Of a DNA stretch of 35,301 nucleotides, positions 28,701 to 35,301 are shown in pieces. Origin of the DNA: Rhodobacteraceae bacterium UBA3087 (GTDB taxonomy: Bacteria > Pseudomonadota > Alphaproteobacteria > Rhodobacterales > Rhodobacteraceae); contig DFBF01000072.1 of the NCBI GenBank assembly GCA_002367285.1, forward strand, positions 1 to 35,301. Reading direction: 5' to 3'. The notes below the pieces were generated by a model. The model ran no database searches. It was not told the origin of the DNA and worked only from the letters and a program-made list of their open reading frames with translations. Numbering within the stretch: position 1 is the stretch's first letter; each line of letters starts with the position of its first letter. The translations under genes and the position numbers were made by a program.

Positions 28701-29313
28701 GGCGGACGTGGCGATGCAGGATTTTGCCAAACTGTTTTCCCCGGGCGGCCTGATTGATGGGTTCTTTAACGAGAACCTGCAAAAATTTGTCGACACCCGA
28801 ACCCGCCCGTGGACATGGAAACGGCTGAACGATGTCGATCTGGGGATCTCGGCGGCCGTGTTGCAGCAGATGCAATACGCGTCCGAAATCCGCGATGCGT
28901 TTTTCTCGGCCGGTCCGGCCCCTGTGGTACAGTTTCAGATCACCCCCGAAGCACTGGACCCCAAGGCCAAATCGGTCCTGCTGGAAATCGACGGGCAACA
29001 GGTTGGGTTTGCGCATAAAGGCGGTCAGCCGGACCCGGTTGGGGTGACATGGCCCGGGTCGGTTGGCTTGGCGCGGGTGACCTTTCAGCCGAACAAGAAA
29101 AAGATCGAAAATTCGCTGTCGCGCAATGGTCCCTGGGCCTGGTTTCGACTGTTGGATGCCGCCGAAGTGCGGCGCACCAATGTGTCTGACCGCAAGCGGG
29201 TAATTTTCAACATCGGCGGGCGGATCGCCATTTTTCAACTGCAATCAGGGTCTGTGATCAACCCGTTTGCCCTGCCGGCACTGGCCAAGTTCAGCTGCCC
29301 CAAGTCGATGTAA
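25744..29313 (+). CDS. tssM: T6SS membrane complex TssM (IcmF)
   Basis: N-terminal TM segments, LPWYVMIGPPGAGKTT Walker A, DTAGRY, RGVYYTSGTQEG and GPWAWFRL motifs. Confidence 0.98.
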   Translation: MIRRFIFPLFKSIYSLLIIVAAILSACIWYFAPLIGGETWRPFDSITSRVVTISVIWVFFLSLIIFIFWRRRRRDKQMTEEIAESVEDIGDDLISEEFGEMRGKFKTAMAELRKSKNGRRHLNELPWYVMIGPPGAGKTTAIVNSGLQFPLAEKMGKSAIGGVGGTRNCDWWFTNNAVLIDTAGRYTTQESDAETDNAAWLGFLGLLKKYRKRQPINGAMIAISLSDLCLQDEITQKSHAQAVRRRLNELREKLGVRFPVYVLFTKADLIAGFSEFFDNLGKDDREQVWGFTLPLDNSKAESSPMAAFDQEFALLLSQLNAQSLERMQSETDHQRRALVAGFPSQVASMRGVAREFLTEVFQDNRYEKRHMLRGVYYTSGTQEGTPIDRLMLGMAQTFGIGRQAIGTGQGTGRSFFLTRLFEGVVFPEAGLVSSDDKVERRYRWTRRAAIAATVLVAIGTGALWVRSYLGNRDLIKQAAEQVELYQAAAATLPPSPVGDTDLPPVVAALNNLRDLPANPVLDDPDPETRLTYGLYQGEVIGTQAAQTYRAALNQRFLPRLLLRLEEQMAANLNNPDILYEALKIYLMLGLQGPMNTDLVKEWMQIDWSLAYSGVVRQPLRDDLNDHLNALLSQPMEEIALNGPLVEQAQGLLSEMPLAQRVYTGIVNSPAATALPKWRISDAAGPAVKRVMTRSSGKALNEGVEGIFTYSGFNDVFLPEAVSVAERVQSESWVLGPRGEAEQTEGALLALSRDVLDLYYNDFIARYDSILGDVDIIPMESLSHAVEVTNVLSGPTSPIVNLLTEISRETRLTEDRSTLDAESLSGGASQVAAIEARSNLSVQGQILMEALVNSATNSGGEPPKPPGSYVEERFEWLHQLVDRVEGQPSQLDSLMGVLTEVYQELNKMSFSGVSSGAEGGQSLVQFQQVASRIDGPVQRWASQITTGSSGIAADGTRASINARWQASVLPFCQQALDNRYPFNRRAQADVAMQDFAKLFSPGGLIDGFFNENLQKFVDTRTRPWTWKRLNDVDLGISAAVLQQMQYASEIRDAFFSAGPAPVVQFQITPEALDPKAKSVLLEIDGQQVGFAHKGGQPDPVGVTWPGSVGLARVTFQPNKKKIENSLSRNGPWAWFRLLDAAEVRRTNVSDRKRVIFNIGGRIAIFQLQSGSVINPFALPALAKFSCPKSM

Positions 29314-29993
29314 TGACGACCGGGTTTGGCGCATTCGGCAAGATGCCGTCGGTGGGTGACTTCTTTCGCTTCGCCGCGCCGCCGGGGTTTGTTGCCGCCT
29401 GGGATAGCTGGATTCAGCGCGGTATGCTGGACGTTCAGACGGCGCTGGGCGCAACCTGGGACGACCATTACATGTCGGCCCCGATCTGGCGGTTCTGCCT
29501 GTCGCCCGGACTGGCCGGGCCGCAAAAGGTGCTCGGTGTGTTGATGCCATCGGTGGACCGGGTCGGGCGGCGCTTTCCACTGACCCTGATGGCGGCCTTA
29601 CAGACACCTGGCCCGGCGCAGCTGGACCATTTCTGCGAAGAGCCGCTGTTTTTGCGGCTGGAAGACACCGCATTGGCCGCCCTTGATGACACGATGACCC
29701 GCGAGCGGTTGGAACAGGTCCTTGCCGCCGTCCCGCCACCGCAATTTCGCGGAAATGCCCCGGTGCGCGCCGCCGGGTCCAGTCTGATCCTGACACAGGC
29801 TGGTCCCGAAGGGCTGTTGCCCGATCTGGCCGCCGGTCTTTTGGCTGGTCGGTTTGTCCAGCCCAGTATCTGGAGTGCGCTGATCAACGACAGGCCAAGG
29901 CTGATGATCACCGAAGGTTTACCGCAAGGCCCTGACATGCAAGGTTTGTTCAACCTGAACGCGCCTGTATGGAACGAGGCCAAACCTGTATGA
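29313..29993 (+). CDS. tagF: T6SS post-translational repressor TagF
   Basis: FGKMPSVGDF, APIWRF and MPSVDRVGRRFPL motifs. Confidence 0.95.
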   Translation: MTTGFGAFGKMPSVGDFFRFAAPPGFVAAWDSWIQRGMLDVQTALGATWDDHYMSAPIWRFCLSPGLAGPQKVLGVLMPSVDRVGRRFPLTLMAALQTPGPAQLDHFCEEPLFLRLEDTALAALDDTMTRERLEQVLAAVPPPQFRGNAPVRAAGSSLILTQAGPEGLLPDLAAGLLAGRFVQPSIWSALINDRPRLMITEGLPQGPDMQGLFNLNAPVWNEAKPV

Positions 29994-30712
29994 CTGACCT
30001 GCGTGCAACCCGCTATAACGCCAAAACCCATATTGGCCTGAAACGCAAAGTAAACGAAGACGCGATCCTTGCGTTGCCGGATCATGATATCTGGGTGGTC
30101 TCTGACGGCATGGGCGGCCACGAGGCGGGCGATTACGCCAGCCGCCTGATCACCGATTCAATCGCCACCATCCCCCTCGGGCTGGACCCAACTGCGCGAA
30201 TGCACGCCCTGCGCGGGGCGATTCAGACAGCGCACCGGATTATCGTGCAAGAGTCCGATTCCCGGGGCCGGGGCGTGATTGGCGCGACGGTTGTGGCCCT
30301 GATGCTGGCCAACAGCCATTTTGTCGGCATCTGGGCCGGGGACAGCCGCATTTACCGGCTGCGGGATGGTCAGATCGAAATGCTGACCACCGATCATTCC
30401 GCAGTGGCCGATTTTGTGCTGACAGGTCAGATGACCTGGGACGAGGCCGAACAGCACCCGCAATCCAACGCCATCACAAGGGCCGTTGGCGTCGGCGACG
30501 AACTGGAACTGGACAAAGTGCGGGGCGAGGTGCAGCCGGGCGACCGGTTCCTGGTTTGCTCAGACGGGCTGACAAAATACGCCACGTTTGGCATCTTGCA
30601 GGACACGTTAAGTAATTATCCGATCGAAACAGTGTCTGACCGCCTGATCCAGATTGCCCTGACCGGCGGCGGCGGCGACAATATTTCGGTGATCGTCGTG
30701 GATATCCTGTAG
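29990..30712 (+). CDS. pppA: PP2C-type Ser/Thr phosphatase PppA
   Basis: RKVNEDA, SDGMGGH, GDSRIY, CSDGL and DNISV motifs; ATGA overlap with tagF. Confidence 0.92.
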   Translation: MTDLRATRYNAKTHIGLKRKVNEDAILALPDHDIWVVSDGMGGHEAGDYASRLITDSIATIPLGLDPTARMHALRGAIQTAHRIIVQESDSRGRGVIGATVVALMLANSHFVGIWAGDSRIYRLRDGQIEMLTTDHSAVADFVLTGQMTWDEAEQHPQSNAITRAVGVGDELELDKVRGEVQPGDRFLVCSDGLTKYATFGILQDTLSNYPIETVSDRLIQIALTGGGGDNISVIVVDIL

Positions 30713-30737
30713 CGGCTGGCAGCCCGACAGGGACGGA

Positions 30738-31031
30738 TCAGCGCAGCAAGTGTTTAAGTTGCCCGCGGGTAAATTCTAAATCCTTGGTCAGGGCCTTATA
30801 GTCTTTGGCGATACGCGCGCGCTCTTCTGCGGCCTTCTTACGCTCTGCATCCGTGGTTGCCTTTAGCTCTTTGCGAAAGGCATCATAAGACTCTCGCTGA
30901 TGCTTGCTAAGCGCCTTCATGACACCGCTGATGGCGCTATCGACCTCGGTTTTCAGGCGAGTATGACGGATTTCGGCATTCTTCATCCGCTCTTCCAGAT
31001 CCTTGATGCGCTTTTCTGGCGATCCGGGCAT
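30738..31031 (-). CDS. Small basic coiled-coil hypothetical protein (97 aa)
   Basis: AGGAG 7 nt upstream of the ATG at 31031; fills the gap after ppkA; heptad-like charged helix. Confidence 0.7.
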   Translation of the reverse strand: MPGSPEKRIKDLEERMKNAEIRHTRLKTEVDSAISGVMKALSKHQRESYDAFRKELKATTDAERKKAAEERARIAKDYKALTKDLEFTRGQLKHLLR

Positions 31032-31075
31032 GGCTGGTCTCCTCAATGGGTAAAATGCAATGGAAAGACCCTGTT

Positions 31076-33313
31076 TCAGGGCTTTGCGGTTGTCAGTATC
31101 CGGCTGTCCAGTGACAGGATATTGGTGGAATCTGCTGCAAAATACTCCTGCAGCGCCTTGGCGTATCCAACAGCAGATTCCGTTCCTGGCCGAAGCCCGT
31201 CAAACAGCGGCTGTGTGGAATGCAGAACAATCACTTTGCTTTTGCCCAAGGTGCTCTCGTCAACCGTGAATCCCAGCAAGCCCTTTTTGGCGACATCGTC
31301 CAAACTAAATGCCACACGGACAGCGACCGGGCCAACCCGACCGTCGCGTAGATGGGCGATGTCATTGTCCTGACGGTTGATGAAAGGCAACAGGTGATAC
31401 ACGTCGCCCGACACATCCAGCACAGAAACGGTCAGATACCCATCTTTCACATCCGCAGGCAGGGTCACGTCGATCACAGGGTTTTCCCCGACAAAGAACC
31501 GCCCCGACGGGTTGGGTTCGTTCCGATCACCAACGGTAAACACCACGTCGATGCCGCTGGTGGGGGCGCTGGGCAGATGGTTTTCGATCAGGCACAGGGT
31601 GGGGTTCAGAACCTCGACATCCAGCACGATCTTGCGTTCGTCCACCGCTGCGCGGAGCGCGTCGAACAAACCAACCCTGGTGGCAGTTTCGGCGACGCGC
31701 CCGGTCACAGTGACAGGGGTTTGCGGCCCATAGCCCATCGCTGGGGCGCCGGGCAGGTCCAGCGGGCCGCAATCAGCCAGGTCCTGGATAATCGGCTGCA
31801 GCTCGGCGATGGGCAGGAACAGCGGTTCCAACCGGAACGCAGCCTTGCCGTTCAGTGCGCCGGGCAAACCGTCGGCAAACGCACTGACCACCCGGTTATG
31901 AGTGTCACTGTCGGTTGCCACACCGCTCAGCTGGGCCCTGTTGCCGCTGATCGCCAGCCGCCATTCGCGCAACCCGCCCAGTTGCGCCAGGGTCGCAAGA
32001 ACATCTGCGCCCCAACTGTCAGCCACAGCCCCGCTGGCCAGTGTCAGTTCGGCGCTGCCGGATTGGTCGTCCATCAGGGCCACCAACCCATCACGCATCT
32101 CTTCCGAGGGCACATAGCCAACCGCGCGGGCCGGCCCGGTGGCGGGCTGTTCCACAATCAGCGAATAAGGGTCTGCAAGGGGGTATTTTGGCCCCATCAA
32201 CCCGTCAAACGCCCCAGACAAATAGCTACCCGCCCCACCGGCGACCAGCACCAGAACCAGCAGCGCGGCAATCAGGCCCCCACGAGACTTTTTCGGCTCA
32301 GCCGACACGGGTTGTTGCGGTGTTGGCTTGGGTGCCGGTCGCGGCGCTTTGGGCTCTGCTCTCGGCTTGGGCGCGGGTGTCGGCTCTGGCTCTGGCTCAG
32401 GGTCGGGTGCGCGGGCAAGCGGGACAATAACTGTGGCGTCTGGGTCAACAGGGGCAGGGGCGTCCGCCGAGATGTCTGCGGCGGTATCTGTGGGTTTTTC
32501 CAGAAAGGCCAGAACCTCGGCCGCGCTTTGCAGGCGGGCCGCAGGGTCGGGGGCGGTCATTCGGTCAATCAGATGTTTTAGCGGCTCGGGCACGCCTTCG
32601 GTGTCCAGCGGTTCGCTCTTTTTTTTGACCACCTCCATCGGGTTGCTGCCGATGTTTGGTGGCGCCCCGCGAAAATTAGCCAGCAACAGTGCGCCCAGCG
32701 AATATATGTCTGATCTTGCATCGGTATCGCCGCTAAGTTGCTCGGGCGCGGCATAAGCATATTTTCCGGCAAATTCATTGCCGACAATGGTCTCTGCCCC
32801 CGGATTAGTGTCTTTGGCGATGCCAAAATCAATAATCACCGCCTGCGCCGGATCACCGTCACGCAGGATGATGTTGTCGGGCGACAGATCGCGATGCACG
32901 ATGTTGTGGATATGCGCAGCCTGCAACCCTTCGGCCACACGACGGCAGACAGTCAGCAGATCTGCAGCCTCCATCGGGCCTTGTTGCAGCTTTTTGTCCA
33001 GGCCCGGCCCCTGAACATAATCCATCACCAGATAGACATGACCATCCGGTGTTCGGTGATTTTCCGAATATCGCACAACCGCATCATGCCGAACCTCGCG
33101 AATTTCTTCTTCGCGGGTCAGCAGGACAAGGTAATCTTCATTGCCGGAAAACTCAGACCGCAACACCTTTAGCGCGGCCAGCCGCCCTGAAATCTCGCTG
33201 CGGGCCTTGTAAACGTCCGAAGTGCCGCCGCGTCCCAGCAGCTCTTCGATCCGGTAGGTATTGTTAAGCAGTTCGCCGGGCTGAAACGCATCGCCGGGAC
33301 GGGGTTCAAGCAT
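31076..33313 (-). CDS. ppkA: Membrane-bound Ser/Thr kinase, PpkA-like, with a periplasmic C-terminal region
   Basis: Hanks motifs LGRGG, ALKVL, HRDLSPDN, DFG, APE and DIYSLG; Pro-rich linker, one TM segment, then a C-terminal region ending in a DUF4384-like domain (family recalled, not searched). Confidence 0.88.
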   Translation of the reverse strand: MLEPRPGDAFQPGELLNNTYRIEELLGRGGTSDVYKARSEISGRLAALKVLRSEFSGNEDYLVLLTREEEIREVRHDAVVRYSENHRTPDGHVYLVMDYVQGPGLDKKLQQGPMEAADLLTVCRRVAEGLQAAHIHNIVHRDLSPDNIILRDGDPAQAVIIDFGIAKDTNPGAETIVGNEFAGKYAYAAPEQLSGDTDARSDIYSLGALLLANFRGAPPNIGSNPMEVVKKKSEPLDTEGVPEPLKHLIDRMTAPDPAARLQSAAEVLAFLEKPTDTAADISADAPAPVDPDATVIVPLARAPDPEPEPEPTPAPKPRAEPKAPRPAPKPTPQQPVSAEPKKSRGGLIAALLVLVLVAGGAGSYLSGAFDGLMGPKYPLADPYSLIVEQPATGPARAVGYVPSEEMRDGLVALMDDQSGSAELTLASGAVADSWGADVLATLAQLGGLREWRLAISGNRAQLSGVATDSDTHNRVVSAFADGLPGALNGKAAFRLEPLFLPIAELQPIIQDLADCGPLDLPGAPAMGYGPQTPVTVTGRVAETATRVGLFDALRAAVDERKIVLDVEVLNPTLCLIENHLPSAPTSGIDVVFTVGDRNEPNPSGRFFVGENPVIDVTLPADVKDGYLTVSVLDVSGDVYHLLPFINRQDNDIAHLRDGRVGPVAVRVAFSLDDVAKKGLLGFTVDESTLGKSKVIVLHSTQPLFDGLRPGTESAVGYAKALQEYFAADSTNILSLDSRILTTAKP

Positions 33314-33358
33314 GGCGATCTTTCTGCCTATTAGAACCGGTAAGGGGTTTCAGTGGCT

Positions 33359-33940
33359 CTATCCCAGCGCCTGAAACTCTACCCGCCGATTGACGTCGCC
33401 GCGTGGATTGGCGCTGTCGTAAGGCGCGCTTTCGCCCAGGCCAACCGCCTCTAACCGGGTTTCGTCAATGCCGCAGGCAGACACCAGATGGTGCTTTACC
33501 TCCTGGGCGCGCAACAGGGACAGGCGTTCGTTATATTTTGCCTTGCCCGAACTGTCAGTGTGGCCAATGATCTGAAACATCGAAACATCAACCGCTTGCA
33601 TCGCCTGACACAGGGCCGCCAGTTTTGGCTTTTGGTCCTCGCGCAGGGCGGCGCTGTCAAAGTCGAATGCGATCTGGATGTTTACCTGATCTTCTTTTTC
33701 GACAGCCGCATAATTCGGCTGCGCCGCTGCGGGTGCGACCTCGGTCGTGTTGTCGGCACCGGCTGTTGCCTGCTGCGCAGATGGTACGATAACCAGACCG
33801 CGGGTTTTCTGCTTTTTGAAAGCGGTGGCCATTTCTTCGGCGGTCATTTCAGATTCGGACTGAGCCTGCCCGCTGGTTGGCATTGCAAAGCTGAACCCGG
33901 TGATAATGAGACATGTAAAAATAGTACTGAGACGGACCAT
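33359..33940 (-). CDS. Exported OmpA-family peptidoglycan-binding protein
   Basis: Signal peptide; FDFDSA, GHTDSSG, LSLLRA and NRRVEF motifs. Confidence 0.92.
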   Translation of the reverse strand: MVRLSTIFTCLIITGFSFAMPTSGQAQSESEMTAEEMATAFKKQKTRGLVIVPSAQQATAGADNTTEVAPAAAQPNYAAVEKEDQVNIQIAFDFDSAALREDQKPKLAALCQAMQAVDVSMFQIIGHTDSSGKAKYNERLSLLRAQEVKHHLVSACGIDETRLEAVGLGESAPYDSANPRGDVNRRVEFQALG

Positions 33941-34126
33941 TGTTCGCCCTTCCCTAAAGTTAAAAATGGAGTTGCAAGCAAAGCCTATACCACGGCTCTG
34001 TGTCTCACAACGATTTTGCGCGCTGCTGTGAACGCTCGGTATTTGATCATTTGCGGCAGCCCGGGCATAAAACGCTTTACGCAGGCCGGGTAAACGGGCT
34101 GAATTGACGATAGAAAAGGGTTTGAT

Positions 34127-34966
34127 TTGCGGTATTTTCCGGCTGTCATCATCGCTATTGCGCTAATTTTGGCCCCGGCAATCTGGGTAGGGCTGACCTA
34201 TTTTCTGTCAGAAGAAGATTTTCAAGGCTCGGCGGTTGATTCAGGGGCGCGGATTGAAATCGAGATGCTGCGCCAGCAGGTCGAGGATTTGCAGAACCGG
34301 TTGGAATCGCTGCAAAGCGAGGTGGCGCAATTGCCGACGGGCGGCCCCATGCAGCCCCAGGTCTCTGATGCCGATGCCGAAGACGCCATTCTACGGGGCA
34401 CCGGGCCAAATGATATCATTGACGCTTACGCCCAGGTTGTTTTGATCGCCGACCGCCGCAACGTGAACCGGGGCTTGGTTGTGGCAAAGCCAAGCTATCT
34501 TGAGGAAAGGCTGGGCCGCCCCCGCGAAACACTGTCTGACAAATGCGAGTCGATGACCAACGAGAAACTGGCCGACAAGCTGGTACTGGAACACGTCGGA
34601 CCGATCCGGGTGCGTATGTTGCGCCCGGCGGCAGAATCATTGGGGCGGGTGTTTGAAAATGTCCGCCGCGCCGATCCGGACCTTTATGCCCGGATCAACA
34701 CATCCGGTTCCTTGTGCGTGCGGCGCATCCGGGGCACGACCAACAGCTTGTCGACCCACAGCTATGGGCTGGCGCTGGACATCAACATTGATGGGCATCT
34801 GGACAATTTCACCGATGGGAAAACCCAGCTGGGTCTGACCATTCTGGCGGATTTCTTTCATGAAGAAGGCTGGGTTTGGGGCGCCGGGTTCAGCCGCGAA
34901 GACAGCATGCATTTCGAAGTCAGCCGCAAGCAATTGGACGAATGGCTGGAACAAGGGCTATTGTAG
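34127..34966 (+). CDS. Membrane-anchored M15-family zinc peptidoglycan peptidase
   Basis: N-terminal TM segment and coiled coil; STHSYGLALDIN (SxHxxGxAxD) and DSMHFE zinc-ligand motifs. The TTG start is uncertain. Confidence 0.88.
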   Translation: MRYFPAVIIAIALILAPAIWVGLTYFLSEEDFQGSAVDSGARIEIEMLRQQVEDLQNRLESLQSEVAQLPTGGPMQPQVSDADAEDAILRGTGPNDIIDAYAQVVLIADRRNVNRGLVVAKPSYLEERLGRPRETLSDKCESMTNEKLADKLVLEHVGPIRVRMLRPAAESLGRVFENVRRADPDLYARINTSGSLCVRRIRGTTNSLSTHSYGLALDINIDGHLDNFTDGKTQLGLTILADFFHEEGWVWGAGFSREDSMHFEVSRKQLDEWLEQGLL

Positions 34967-35124
34967 CCGACGGTTATGCGCAAACCGGAATATTGTTCGG
35001 GCCTTTTCAACCCCGGGGGGGGCGTCAAATCGGATCAGCGCAGGTTTTTCGTGATCGACGAAGGCAATAACGGCTCCCCAAACACCTGTTGCCCGGGATT
35101 GAAATGAAATGCCTGCCAGCAATG

Positions 35125-35301
35125 TCAGTCATCAAGCCCATAGGCCTTGCGGATGCTGCGCTTGGTGCCGGGCCCGAAATCACCGTCAATGGACCCCGAA
35201 TAGAAGTCGTATTTCCGTAACTGTTTTTGTAGTTCGCGGCGGGTTTCGCCGGTGAACATGTTGGGCCGTTCAGTCAGCAGATTCAGCACATCCGAACTGC
35301 C
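35125..35301 (-). CDS. 3' end of a protein with a C-terminal peptidoglycan-binding (PG_binding_1-like) domain (partial)
   Basis: Manual translation ...RRELQKQLRKYDFYSGSIDGDFGPGTKRSIRKAYGLDD*; matches the DGxFGPxT motif. Confidence 0.8.
   Translation of the reverse strand, partial: GSSDVLNLLTERPNMFTGETRRELQKQLRKYDFYSGSIDGDFGPGTKRSIRKAYGLDD

Noticed and set aside
624-33267. Many long antisense or alternate-frame ORFs (for example 624-1439, 3045-4034, 9860-11179, 15638-16588, 31352-32581)
   Set aside because: Shadow ORFs expected opposite real genes in GC-rich DNA; no recognisable motifs.
34967-35124. Terminator between the M15 peptidase and the convergent partial gene
   Set aside because: Only a short C/G run; no stable stem with a U-tract was identified.

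Overview
Nearly the whole window is one type VI secretion system (T6SS) locus, probably from a GC-rich alphaproteobacterium (Rhodobacteraceae/Roseobacter-like is my inference from the protein sequences). The + strand operon runs tssA-tssB-tssC-hcp-tagJ-tssE-tssF-tssG-clpV, then a three-gene insert, then vgrG-DUF6931-like-PAAR-tagH-tssK-tssL(OmpA)-tssM-tagF-pppA. A convergent - strand unit carries an OmpA-domain protein, ppkA and a small coiled-coil gene. An M15 peptidase, a partial peptidoglycan-binding protein and a divergent 501-aa hypothetical gene flank the locus. No tssJ is visible. The most unusual part is the insert between clpV and vgrG. It encodes (i) a 407-aa helical protein with a central hydrophobic hairpin (candidate pore-forming effector), (ii) an intact-looking bacterial voltage-gated sodium channel (S4 RxxRxxRxxR, filter TLESWSM), and (iii) overlapping the channel stop codon, a 1168-aa sheath chimera of TssB, about 430 aa of acidic repeats, a divergent TssB and a truncated TssC. 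Assignments come from motif recognition only; no searches were run and novelty is unverified.
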